Assembly (NCBI GenBank): GCA_010093815.1
Contig: ML996574.1
Direction: 5' to 3' (one strand)
DNA: 64,000 nt
Origin: Pseudovirgaria hyperparasitica
Taxonomy: Eukaryota
Positions 49,758 through 61,627 of the stretch are shown piece after piece; the stretch's first letter is position 1, and each line of letters opens with the position of its first letter. Under the pieces are notes generated by a model. That model was not told the DNA's origin. It ran no database searches and was given only the letters and a program-made list of their open reading frames with translations. The position numbers and the translations under genes are program-made.

Positions 49758-51725
49758 CGAGGTTCTCCTAGGGTTCTTCCGGTATATATCGGGTTACTAC
49801 CGGCGTATACCGGGTCTCTTCCGGTATATATTTCCGGGTCTACTAGTACTAGAGAAGTAGTAGATATATAAGTATCTATTAGGAGATATCCTTAGGGTAC
49901 TTATTAAGCTATCGTGTAATATCTAAAGTCTTTATAACATAGATAAGCCATTACCGTTATATATGGAGGTTAGGGTATATAGCTAGATAGTAGCGTATTA
50001 TACCTCTCCGGCCGTACGCCTTACACCATAGGGAGGTGTCGGGAACGCCTCTCTTATAGATGTAGTATAGAAAGAAGTTATTATTAAAGAAAGATAAAAT
50101 TAAGAAAGCTAAAAGAAAATATAAAGATCTATATAGATCTATATAAACTCGTACTAATCTATCTAGAAGAAGTAAGATCGCTTTAAAATTAAAACTAAAA
50201 AACTAAAAATACTAGATAAAAGAGATATATTAGTACTAATTAGTATAGATCTAAACCGATTAAGTTAGAGTAGAAGTAGAAGTACTAATTACCGCGATAG
50301 TTATATCTAATTCCTTCCACTAGTTCTTATTTAGTATAGTATAGAGCTTTATAATATAAGTCTCTAGCCTTTCGTTCCGACGCTATAAATTCTATATAGT
50401 ACGCCTTATAGCTATAAACTCCTCTATAGAAACCTATAGAGTAGTAGGACCTAGGATAGAGAGAGACGGACCGGCGTGGGCACGCTAAGAATTATATAAA
50501 TTAGCGAAAAGATTTAACGATTAGTATAGAACCATATACCTTTAGTATAGAAACTTCTAGATTAGAGCTATCTTCTCTAAATTTATAGCTCTTTAGCACG
50601 CGCGAGAAAGGAACCTTAGCCTTTTTACTAGAACCTTTTCTAGGAATTTTAATATCGCTAGTATATAGAAAGAAGTCCGAAGTAGTAGAGATTTTAGTAC
50701 TATTATAGAGATTAATATATATTAGTAAGAATCTATAATAATTTAAGAAAAACGATATTATCTAGTAATTATAGTAATAATAGCTATAGTAGATTCTAAT
50801 AAATCCTTACGGATCTTATTAGAATCGTACTCCTAGGCGTAACTCTTACCTTAGGTATATAGCTCGTAGAAAGCCTTCTCTAAGGTGTTACGATTAGTAG
50901 TACTACGCTCCTTATTAGTAGGGGTTACTAGAGGCCTAGTAGTAATCTATACTAATATAAGTAAATCTATATAAAGTTCTTCGAACTTACTTAAATACCT
51001 ATAAGTAATAACGCTTCTTAGTTATATAAGTACCGTATATTATAGATTTAGTACTACCGTGAGTAATATATAACGGAAAGTAATAACTATAATAATATAT
51101 AGCTAGATTATTAGAGCCCGGCCTAGGTCGGGGTAGATTAATAGCTTTTAATATATTAGTAACGTATATAAGATAGGGATTATTCGAAGGCGCCTATTTC
51201 CGCGCCGATTACTTTAGAGTATTAAGATTTTAGGAAACTATATTATAATTATTACTAATTTATACGGATTATTATAAATTATATTATTACTAGCTAAGGA
51301 TGGTATAAAAATTAGTAAATTACGTAAATTATACTAAATTATAGTAAATCTATATAAATCTATATCTATAAGAATCGGGTGATATATCTAATAATCTAAA
51401 AAACTCTATAAAGAGTTAAGAAGTTTTTTAAAGAAAGGAATATTTCTAAGAAAAGATTTTAATATAGGTAGTACCCGGGCTTATCTAATTATATTACGTG
51501 ATACGCTAGGCCTAATTAGGTAATCTTACCTATATAAGAAGTTAAGATAGATAAAATCTAGTTTATTAGGAAAACACTTATATAAATCTTAGATTAGTAA
51601 ATATTAGTAAGTATCTAAGACGAAGTATAGAGAACGACTAAGGTCTTACGAGACTTAGAATAGGGATATAGAGATAGATAACGATCTAGGTTACTAAGGG
51701 CAGCTTCCTAGAGGGAAGGGATAAT

Positions 51726-51953
51726 TATTAGGACTTAGCCTTAGGTAGAACCCGACCTATACGTACCTTAGCTAATAGGGTTAGAAGGTAATATAAAGGG
51801 CGGTAAATAGTTATATACTAGATAGATCGGTATCTCTTTATATATATACTCTCGGATTTCTACCGAAAGGGTTCGGTAGTAATTCATTCTATAATAGAAT
51901 ACACCCTATTATTCTATCTAACTATACTACTATCTAATAACCCTATTCTTATA
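51726..51953 (+). repeat. 3' LTR of Gypsy A
   Basis: 228 bp, preceded by PPT, followed by TSD GGTTT. Confidence 0.95.
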
Positions 51954-52198
51954 GGTTTAGATAAGGTAGAGGTGGTAGAGAGGTTACTAAAGTTAAGGAG
52001 ATTAGGAGACTTTTTTACGAACTCGTCGAGTAACTTACTCGTTACTAACTTACCGACAAGTAAGTTACTTAGCTAGCTAGTAATAGTCTATATATATATC
52101 CGTTTTAGGTACTATTCGTTAAGTATATAGCCTTAATATATAAATATATACTCCTAAATATACTCTAAGAAACACTATACTATCCCTATCTAAATACT

Positions 52199-52426
52199 TG
52201 TAAGAATTGGGTTATTGAATAGTAGTATAGTTAGATAGAACAATAGGGTGTATTCTATTATAGAACGAATTACTACCGAACTCTTTCGGTAGAAATCTAA
52301 GAGTATATATATAAAGGGACGCCGATCTATCTAGCATGTAACTATTTACCGCCCTTTACGTTACCTCCTAACCCTGTTAGCTAAGGTACGTGTAGATCGG
52401 GTCCTACCTAAGGCTAAGTCCTAACA
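52199..52426 (-). mobile_element. Solo LTR of the Gypsy A/B family, inverted
   Basis: 228 bp, TG...CA termini intact, 5-bp TSD ATACT (52194-52198, 52427-52431). Confidence 0.95.
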
Positions 52427-52431
52427 ATACT

Positions 52432-54360
52432 AGTTATACTAGTTATAGTAAACGCCTAGAGCGAGAACGCCGCCTCGCTTACCTTAAGTTACTCCTTATA
52501 CTTATAAAGGTATAGATATACGTCTAGTAGAATACTAAGTAGAACATCTACTATCTTCGTGTTAGGCACGTGAGGAGCACGTGGCCTACTAGTTGATTCT
52601 ACATGTATATAGTAGTCGTATATAAGTAGTGTACTCTACCCTTGAAGTAGTAGCTTTAAGATTCGGTCCTTTTAGTATAGTTGGTTAGTATATGGAGCCC
52701 GCCTCCTTACACTTCGCGGCTTTATAATAAGTAGTTCTAGACTAAGTTATCTCCTTAATATAGCGGTAAGTATAGTAGTTATTATCTACGTATAGTCTTA
52801 ATTCGTATATCCTAGCCCTTATCTTAGTATAAGTCTCTATCTTCTTACGCTATTTAAGAGCTAATAGTACTATATCCGCCTAGTAACGCCCTAGTTATAC
52901 TAGACTACTAAAGGTTTCTATAACTCGTGTCTAAGGGGGTATTTTATAACGAGTCTTATAAGTCGACGAATAATTTAAACTATAAGTAGATAGAGGGCGA
53001 GATTAAGGTTAAGGTTAAGGAAACGTAGGTATCTATATAGGCATTATAGAATTAAACCTATAATACTATAATTCTATCTAACGAAGTAGTTAAGTATACG
53101 CGAGCTTATCTTTATTATCTTAATAATATCTTACTACCGTCTCCTCACGCTTAATTATCGTCTATCTTATCTACTTATCTTAAAGCCTCGTATTCCACTT
53201 CTTATAATCTAACTTAGCCTCCTTACGTCGTAATCTCTTTATTTTAAGGCGCTTAAGTATAGAAGTAGTACTTCCGTTAATAGCGGTTAACGAGATACTA
53301 GTTCTACTACTAGTTTAAGACTTCCTTAGGCACGGTTAAGTAATAATCTTATAGAATAAGTCTATCGACGGCTTATCCTTAGTTACGCCTTAAATACCGT
53401 TAATAATATTATTAGTCTATAGCTCTAAGATAGTCTTATCTATCTTATAGTAGAGTATTCTATTAGATAATATAATCTTATAGTACTAACCTTAGTAGTT
53501 TATATACGTCGCCTTACTATACTAGAGCTTACTCTAAATATTATTAATAATAACTCTTCGGTTACGGCCTTGCTATCTTCGCTCCTCCTATAATTTAAAT
53601 AGCTATTTTAAGTATCTCTTAAGGTTTAGATCTACGGGCGATAATACTAGACTAGTAGAAACTATACTAGTAAGTAGTAATGGCGTAGGAGACTTCGGAT
53701 TAGATACTATAGCCTTCTTATATTCTAGTAGCTAATAAGACTTATAGATAATAATATCCTTAAAGGTAAGGAATATAGCCTCTAGTAGATCCTTTCTTAC
53801 TAGGCTATAGATCTTATTAAGGAAGGTAAGAAGCTTATCCTAGTTATCTAGACTCTAGTCTAGAAGTATTAACTATTTCCTAGTATAACTAGATATTCCG
53901 AGCTTTATAGTAAAGCCTCGAGTCTTAAATAGCTAGTTATTAGTACCGAGAGCCTTATTAATTAACTACTAAATCTCCTCCTTATATAACTCCTTCTTAA
54001 ACTTATACCAGGCTTCCGTCTTTAGTAATATAGCCTTAATAATCTTTCTAAAACTATCTACTCTAAGTTACTAATTTATATAGATAGACTATATTATCTT
54101 ATTAAGAGCCGCGTTATTATTCTATAGGTTCTTCTTCTCCTTCTCCTTAACTATATCTCCGTGAACTAAAGTAGAGTTATTAGTATTATTAGATATATCA
54201 TCTAGTAAGGCTAGAGGATCGCTTAATAAGGGTATGTTAGAGGGCGCTAGTAGTATATTTTTATACCTCGCCGCTATCTTCGTAGCCCTTAATACCTTAT
54301 CTATACTATACTAGAGCGCCTTTAATATAGATATATATAGCTATAGCCTAGAAGGTAGTA
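52432..54360 (-). pseudogene. Second, convergent RIP-degraded ORF of the outer TIR element; function unknown, Cys-rich C-terminal part
   Basis: Minus-strand coding-like stretches with RIP-type stops (DSFRKIIKAILLKTEAWYKFKKELYKEEI..., LNKIYSLVRKDLLEAIFLTFK, KAAKCKEAGS...TCRIN..ATCSS); not traced end to end, and probably continues past the solo LTR to ~52100. Confidence 0.55.
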
Positions 54361-54521
54361 GTAGAGGTTCTATTAAGTTATTCTATCTAAATCAAATACC
54401 TTTATACTACTTAGAAGGTATAATAGATAGCGTAAAATAGTTAAAAAAAATACTAATATATAGCTAATATTATATAATACTAATATATAATAGATATTTT
54501 AATAGGTATATGAGTATTCGT

Positions 54522-54620
54522 TGACGATGCCGTAAAATGTTAATTATATATAAAAACGCGTGTTGGTGGCATAGACGTGCATCGGGCGCCAAGCTTTCCC
54601 ATGTAACTATGGACAAACGG
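54522..54620 (-). repeat. Right TIR of outer DNA transposon
   Basis: Reverse complement of the left TIR. Confidence 0.95.
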
Positions 54621-54749
54621 ATTGTCGTCAAGTAGATTCTGGCACGCTGTTAGGAATATTTGATCATGACACCCCGCGTACCAATGCTTCGCGAGGGCCC
54701 AGCATAAGTCGCGTCTCCCGCGGCCTCAATTAATTACCAGAAATTAGCA

Positions 54750-56409
54750 ATGGAGGTCTCAGACCAATATTCAAGTGAGAACCTGAATGACAACGCAAAG
54801 TGCAACGACTAATTACGCTCAGGCTCACATCATCCGCTGTGCTCGCCGGACAATGCACACATTGCTACGCTGAACGGCGGCCGTCTCCAAATCCGATCTA
54901 CAAATTCGCTAGAAGTCATACACAACTTTGTTGTTCCCCAGGACGGCAACTCACGCTTTTTGTGCCTGCGCTGGTCTCCCAAAACGAAAGACCGACCGTC
55001 CTCGAACCGTATACTGGTGGCAGATGAGGATAATGTACGAGTGTGGGACCTCCGAGACCGAAAATGGAACGGCACGATCAACAATGGCAGCGCGGGCATG
55101 GGCAAAGTCGTGAACGCAGACTTTGGCAGGACTGAGACGGAAGTTGTTGTCTTCTCAGACTTTGCGTCCAAAGTCACGGTGTGGTCCCTGTCGCATGGCA
55201 GGACCGTGGAGATCAAAGATCCAAAGTTCGTGACAGCGAGAGGCTATGGGTATCGGCCGAAGACTTCTGAATTTACAGTTCTGTCCAGACCGAATGCGCA
55301 AGATACAGTGACTTTACATGCGCCGCAGACGTACTTTGTCATCAAAACGATCACCTTGAATACGGTTGATGCGCAAGGCATGAAATGGAGCCCCGATGGC
55401 AAATGGCTGGCGGTATGGGATACACCCAGCGTAGGGCACCGCGTTTACATCTATACGGCCGACGGGCATCTATACAGAATGTATGGGGGCGCTCCGGAAG
55501 GAGATCTCGAGGGACTTGGAGCTCGTAGTGTAGACTGGAGCCCTCGGGGCGACTATCTGGCTATAAGTGGTTACGACAAACGTGTAACTTTGCTGAATGC
55601 ACGCACTGTGAGCTCTTACTCAGGACTTCATTGCCTTCGACTGACTTTACTAGTTCTCTCCAGTTATTGTTCTTGAGCACACGACTTCGATCCAATTATC
55701 CAATGGTGGTGTGTGGCAAGAACAAGTTTCTCCGTCTGGTGAGCGCAGTTACATCGAAGTTGCGCAGCCAATAGCTCCCCCAGCTGCTCCATCACCACCT
55801 AACGATGCTCTTGCAAAGCTTGGTATATCTATTACGACATTTAATGCTGACGGCACTTTGGTGGCCACTCGCGATGAAAACACTCCAACCACAGTCTGGA
55901 TCTGGGATCTCTCAAACTTGGCCCCTCGAGCCGTTATTATCCAGCATTCCCCTATAAAGCAACTGTTGTGGAATCCTTCTGACCCAAGCATTCTCATGAT
56001 CCAGAATACGCATGAGGACCCTGCTGTACATCTCTGGCGATCAACGGGAGGAGGTCCAGAAGCTTTGAACATCAAATTCAAGAGGAGTGTGGGGAAGGTT
56101 GAAGCACGATGGCTCAGCACTCCTCGTGATAGGAAACCAGCGTTGATATACGGAGACGCACATGGGCACGTTCTTGCGTGGCCGATCGGCAGAGATGTTA
56201 TCCTCAGATTCAGCCGTCCCGAGACGCCAAATGGTGCTGACGATAGCGAAGACTCACTTTTCGACATACTAACCGGTAGGACGCCTGTACCTGCATTGAC
56301 GACTACGGACGGCTTTACACAAGGAGAAGACTTTGACGACAGTGGACCACTGGATGATACATTCAGATACCGGAAACAGCAAAGTGAGATGGACGAAAGC
56401 TTCTTCTGA
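54750..56409 (+). CDS. wdr8: WD40-repeat protein, WRAP73/WDR8 family (spindle pole body/centrosome associated); exons 54750-54774, 54823-55607, 55654-56409
   Basis: Spliced N-terminus MEVSDQYSSSHHPLCSPDNAHIATLNGGRLQIRSTNSLEVI; VVFSDFASKVTVWSL, DAQGMKWSPDGKWLAVWD, GLGARSVDWSPRGDYLAISGYDKRV, ATRDENTPTTVWIWD; two GT-AG introns join the frames. Confidence 0.85.
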
Positions 56410-56489
56410 AATTATGAAGATTTTGGCTTGAAGCTTGGTGGATACAAAGGTTGATAGACAAACCAACGAAGTGGACTGCACGGTACCAT

Positions 56490-58228
56490 TCAGACATTCT
56501 TCCCTGGCTCCGCATGAGCCATTTCAATATGCTCGACAGCAGCCAATGCATTCTTAGCCACAGCATCACGCTTATCTTGCTGCTCGAAAACTGGAGATTG
56601 ATCAGTTGCGGCGTAGTCTAGATTATGGCGAGCAACTTACGAAAGGTCAATTCTTCGAGGGTCCTACCGTAAGTTTCTGGGAAGAATAGGTAAATAAAGA
56701 CGACTTCGAAGCACAGCCAGCACACGTAGACGAGCAAGTACTTCCACTTCGCGTTCTCGAGTCCGATTGGGTTCAAGAAACTTCCTGCTCGGATATGAGT
56801 ACTGCATCGTCTTGGCACTCACGGTAAACTCACCAAATAGATTGGAACTACGACCGAAGAACTGGAACCATGTAATGCCTTTGGTTCTGACGTAGAATGG
56901 AAAGATCTCGACCAAGTACACATATGTCAGAGCATTGTACCCAATACAATACGCTGGACTGTACAAGAAGATCATGACAAGAACAGCTATGCCAGCGACC
57001 GGGGAGCCTGTGATTTGTTGACGAGCCTGGGCGATTGTCCATCCTGTGTAAACGATTACGAGCAAACTCGAACAAAGAAGATACATTCTACGCCTCGGAT
57101 AGCGAGGGGTAATGACAGCAAGCACGACTCCGACTACGAGCCCCCAAGCCTGTGTCCCGACGTTGTATTTGACTTGAGTTGCGCTGTCGCCAATGCCGAT
57201 GCTTTGGAGGATGGGTACGAGATACTGACTAAGCAATGTGTTTCCAGAAAATTGGGTAAACATTCCAAGCATAGCAGCGATCAGAGCTCGGCGTCTCATG
57301 CCTCGAGATTGGAAAAGCTCCATGTAACCTCGCTTGCGGGATGTGTTCTCAATCTCGAGAGCGCTTCTAATCTCGGCATACTCTGCGTACGGGAGCCTGC
57401 GCATGTCAGTGGCAATTTCCAGGATGTCGAGATGGAACATGCCTGTCAGTTACGTCGCCTTCGGCGTGGTATTTTATCAAGATCTTCAGGGCTTCTTCTC
57501 CTCTATCTTTGGAAACGAGCCACCTAGGGCTCTCTGGGATGGTGAAGGCGAATGCGATCTGCAGGGTGGAAGGAAGAGCTTGAAGAATACTGGGTAGACG
57601 CCAGCTCCAATCATTGGGTATGATACGTGTTCGCATGACAATACCAGCTCCAACGACAGCGCCGACTCCGAAGAAGGCATTGAAAAGGGAACCCAGAAAC
57701 TGCCGTTCTTTTGGATGACCTAGTTCTCCTAACAAAGCAGACCCCGCCACAATTGCATATACGATTCCGTGACCAAGAAAGATACGAGCAAATACAAACA
57801 TGGCCACTATACACGTCAGCTCTGGCTGTTCTGGAGTTCTCTTGTATATCCTTACAGCTCTTGCTCAGGCCTTGCATGACGGCTCCGATAATCATCACAG
57901 TACTTCCAAAGACGATACTCCACCGGCGACCAACATGATCGGACAGTAGAGCAATGAATGGCAGACTTGTGACGGCTCCAATGTTGTAGCAAGCAACTAA
58001 CAGACCCAAACTACCGCCTGTAGGATGGTTGAAGAAGGTTTGCCAGGGTGTCAGTGCTTGCATGCCATTCATCATGGATGAGTCAAAGCCAGAGGTAGAC
58101 TCGATACACAAGCAGAAGGGAACAAGACATAGATACAGCATACGTAGGTTGGGTTTGCGATACCATCGTATCTTGTCTGCAGCAATCAAACGCTCGATAA
58201 CGGGATCCGAAGCTGATACTCCGCCCAT
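56490..58228 (-). CDS. MFS sugar porter, lactose permease/cellodextrin transporter-like; 5 exons
   Basis: WYRKPNLRMLY, SGFDSSMMNGMQAL, SDHVGRR, PESPRWL, QFSGN, PETYGRTLEEL; frames joined by four short introns (one GC-AG at 57397-57442); stop TGA at 56490-56492. Confidence 0.92.
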
Positions 58229-59396
58229 AGTTGCTATGTCAGTCCAATTCTATTATTTGGGAAGACCAGAGAGAGGAGATTCTGCTCGATGCAGCAGCAT
58301 ACTACAACATTATTATATCCATGACCAGCTGTCACAACCGGCAGGCCGTACAACGCACCGGTTAAATACAGGTGCGTTGCTTACTGTTCTACGACAGGGC
58401 GGGACCGGTTGTACTACCGCCATGGAAGGCGAAGAAGTAAGATGCATGTTTCTGGTACGGGATGTCGTTGGATCGAGTCCCGCCCTGCCGACAAGGCGGA
58501 GATGCTTGGCATGGTGTTCTGAGATCTTCCGTCGCTACACGATAGGCGTTCTGCAAGCTGTTGCCGGGTTGGCCGGTGCTGGGCCCTTGCTTGCTACTTC
58601 TTGGCTCTACATATGCGTCGTTCATGTCCCTCGGAGCAGCATACTCGCAGTACGTAGGCGAATACGGCCTGAACAACGGCAGTAAGCTTGAACGACAATA
58701 ATACTTGTACGTTGTCCTGTGCATGAGAAGGATGGAAGGATGGATGAATGAATGTGACGCCACTGCGGGGTCTCGCACGTGGTGTCGACAGGAGCTTGGC
58801 TCAGGCTTCACAGCAATCGTCTGCGGTGACACCCAAAGATGCATTCATTCAATGTACTACTGCAACCTTGGTTCAAAATTCGTATCAGGCCAACATGCAT
58901 ATATGATATGCTGATGCCGATACAGAACGCGGAGTGCATGAGATGCACATGGATGCGTAGTATCAGTAGGCGCAGGTCGTGGCGCAGTGGCCCATCGATC
59001 CCCAAAACAGGCAAGCAGTCACCAGGATAGGCAGGCGTAGATGGCGCGTGGATCGACACCAGCATGTCATCACCAAAACTCTCCCAAGGCCCTACAAACT
59101 GCCCCCAAGACTCTACCAAAGCCCCCAAGAGTCCCCAATGCTCAGGCGGCGCTTGCTGCATGATATCATCCTTCGTCTTGCGTCGCCTTGTCCCTTCGAG
59201 TCTGGGACTAACCTTGAAGTCCGCCCCGCCTATACAATAACACCCAGGCACCTGCACAATGCCATCTTCTTTGTCCTATGACCTTCCGACTCTTCTCCGC
59301 CTCAAACATCTCCCTCGTGCACCACTACCTACAAGACATTTCACTTCTGATCGACTCATCCCCTAGACCCTGCGCGAATCCTTATATACATTCATT

Positions 59397-60638
59397 ATGG
59401 CAAACCTCAATATGGCTGCCGCGGCCAAGACGGTACAGAAGCATATGCAAGAGTCAGAACAAGAGCACATAACGAGACGAACATCAAGCTTCAAAGAAGT
59501 CGAGAGCACCATGCCCCATCTACCAACCCGCTTCCGCGACGCCTCGCTGGTAGACAACCTGTCGTCATACCTGGGCAAGCGAAACCCCTTCACCAAGCAA
59601 GTCGATCCCAAGAAACACATTGTCTGGATATTCGACAATACAGCCTGGCAAATCCCTGGATCAAATGGCTGGGCAGCAGAGTTTGTTGCGGCATACTTTG
59701 TAAAGCGCAGCGGCTCAGACGTGAGCGCTGTTGTTGCTGATATTGCCGAGAAATGCGGTCTCGCAAAGGGCGACAAGCAAGAAGCAACCATTGCAAAACG
59801 TCTTGAGCCATTTGTCGACTCGATCCTCCCTGCTCACACTGTCAAGATGCAAATCGCCAAATCACAGACTGTCCGACTTGGACCCTCTGGCCGTGATGGT
59901 ATCTCCAACGACACCATTCGCTTTGCTACAAAGTACGACAACCTGACTTCTGTCATCTCTGACGCCCTTAGCGTAGAATGTGATGAAATGACTACCTTCA
60001 CTGCTGGGCCTACCGGCTGGGCCGTTCTCTCTGACGTCGACGACACCATCAAGCGTACACTGACTGCAGACCCAATTGGTATCCTCAAAACCACATTCGT
60101 CGACGAACCAGAGGCCATTCCCGGTATGCCCGAGCTATACGCACACATGAAGACTGCCCTCGGAAACCCGCCGTTCTGGTATCTCTCAGCCAGCCCTTAC
60201 AACCTCTACACCTTCCTCCGCGACTTTCGACGAAAATACTACCCGGCTGGCCAAATGATACTGCGCGAAGCATCATGGATGAACCTCGCAGGCCTCCTCA
60301 CAAACCTGACACAAGGCACGCAAGCGTACAAGGTTGATCGCATGGAAAAGGTCCACGCGCACTGGCCGAAGCGCAAGTTCATCGTCGTCGGCGACAGCAC
60401 ACAAACCGATCCGGAATCCTACGGCGAGATGTACCGGAAACATCCCGACTGGATCAAGGCGATCTTTATCCGCAAGGTCACGGGTGTTGCGGCCGTGAAT
60501 GAGGAAGCTAAGATCAGCGACGAGCGGTTCGAGAAGGCGTTTGCGGGTGTGCCAAGGGATGTCTGGACGGTGTTCGAGGAGCCGAATGTGCTGTATGCGA
60601 AGGTCGATGCTTTGGTCAAGGGCGAGGGTCAGAAGTAA
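59397..60638 (+). CDS. APP1-like phosphatidate phosphatase (DUF2183 / HAD-fold DxDxT enzyme)
   Basis: 413-aa ORF with SDVDDTIK, FWYLSASPYNLY, FIVVGDSTQTDPESYG and AIFIRKV motifs. Confidence 0.88.
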   Translation: MANLNMAAAAKTVQKHMQESEQEHITRRTSSFKEVESTMPHLPTRFRDASLVDNLSSYLGKRNPFTKQVDPKKHIVWIFDNTAWQIPGSNGWAAEFVAAYFVKRSGSDVSAVVADIAEKCGLAKGDKQEATIAKRLEPFVDSILPAHTVKMQIAKSQTVRLGPSGRDGISNDTIRFATKYDNLTSVISDALSVECDEMTTFTAGPTGWAVLSDVDDTIKRTLTADPIGILKTTFVDEPEAIPGMPELYAHMKTALGNPPFWYLSASPYNLYTFLRDFRRKYYPAGQMILREASWMNLAGLLTNLTQGTQAYKVDRMEKVHAHWPKRKFIVVGDSTQTDPESYGEMYRKHPDWIKAIFIRKVTGVAAVNEEAKISDERFEKAFAGVPRDVWTVFEEPNVLYAKVDALVKGEGQK

Positions 60639-60996
60639 GATATGGCGTGGAACATTGTTTTTGTGAAGTTTTCTTTTCGCTTGCATTGATTTGTCTTTTA
60701 GGTCGATCACACGCAACTTGACGGCGCATAATCGTGACGTCTGTCCGTGTCTGCTATGTACAAGGGACTGGTTTGCGCCGTGATGCTGGGATTCACGCAT
60801 GTCATGGCATCTGAAGGCGCATTTTGTCTCTCCTTTACCGTTGGGGCATTTTAAACTCGTGGTTGTTCGACTCGGCGTATTGTTTGAACCATTACCATAT
60901 ATATTGTTGGATTTCTGCGTTGGTCATACCCCGGTCTCAGCATATAGGTATATAATGTATCGAGTCATTCTTATTGCTTTGTTCTTCGTCTTCTGA

Positions 60997-61055
60997 GATG
61001 CTGATGTTGATGCTGATGCTGATGTTGATGCTGATGCTGATGCCGATGCTGATGC
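60997..61055. repeat. Imperfect (GATGCT)n microsatellite in the convergent intergenic region
   Basis: About 10 hexamer units directly visible. Confidence 0.9.
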
Positions 61056-61627
61056 CGTCAAGAATAATACTGTAAGGGGAAGGGAGAGAGATTGTGACGC
61101 TAATGCCGCAATATCACCGAATGAACGGTTTCCTACAGATTTGTACAAAGAGGACAACATGGGACCTAGGTATGTAGTCCATATAACGTTATAAAAGTGC
61201 AACACGATATGACATGGTTTATATGAATTTCTGCATTAATCCTGTTAATATGATTGCTTGTTGGTTGTTGTGAGCGGGCAGAAGGGGGGAGCAAGGAGTA
61301 CAAAGGGGCAGAAGGAGCAAAAGGGGGTGGAAAGCGTTCAGCTTCAGGGGTAGTTTAATCTCTGCTCTTCGCTTCCGACGGCCAATATTTGACTCCATTA
61401 GAGTTTTGCTAGCTTTTGGTTTGGTGATCCATGTTACATAGTTTGCGCCAAAAAACAATTGCAGAAAAAGGGGGGAACATTCTAGGTGGTGTTTGTTTTT
61501 GTTTCAGATGACTATTACAGTACAAGCATTTTCCATTTTGCGTTTGCTCTGCTCTGCTCGCAAGCCCCTTCCATTCCACCATCCCAGTTGAAGTGCGCAT
61601 TCCGAAGTTATGGAAACATGCGACTGC

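Larger units (their letters stand above)
15868..50070 (-). mobile_element. 5'-truncated Tad1-like LINE (~580 bp native: 15868-16060 plus 49682-50070), split by Gypsy C
   Basis: 16-17-bp TSD AAAGAAGTTATTATTA(A) at 15851-15867 and 50071-50087; trinucleotide-repeat tail at ~15868-15885; minus-strand translation of 50070-49780 gives W-C-K-A-Y(C)-G-R-R-G-I-I-R-Y(H)-Y-L-A-I-Y(C)-P, the C-terminal CCHC finger of LINE ORF2. Confidence 0.8.
2856..51953 (+). mobile_element. Gypsy/Ty3 chromovirus copy A (LTRs 2856-3083 and 51726-51953), split by copy B and by a LINE; RIP-inactivated
   Basis: Two 228-bp LTRs (T[G/A]TTAGGAC...TTCTTA[C/T]A), 5-bp TSD GGTTT (2851-2855 and 51954-51958), PPT AGAGGGAAGGG before the 3' LTR; internal parts 3084-3202, 10541-15867 and 50071-51725 are colinear with copy B. 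Confidence 0.95.
1632..54620. mobile_element. Outer TIR DNA transposon (Tc1/mariner-IS630 superfamily, ~3.6 kb native length) inflated to ~53 kb by nested insertions; RIP-inactivated
   Basis: ~100-bp terminal inverted repeats at 1632-~1730 and ~54522-54620; DD34E transposase remnant inside; AT dinucleotide flanks both ends (1630-1631, 54621-54622); composition switches from AT-rich to normal at about these ends. Confidence 0.9.

Noticed and set aside
52561..52630. SWIM zinc finger (CxC...CxH) suggesting a Mutator or ISL2EU-type ORF
   Set aside because: The pattern appears only in a frame different from the locally sustained reading frame.
1632..54620. Centromere or horizontally acquired AT-rich island
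   Set aside because: AT richness is explained by RIP of identifiable transposons bounded by one TIR pair; centromere function cannot be judged from sequence.
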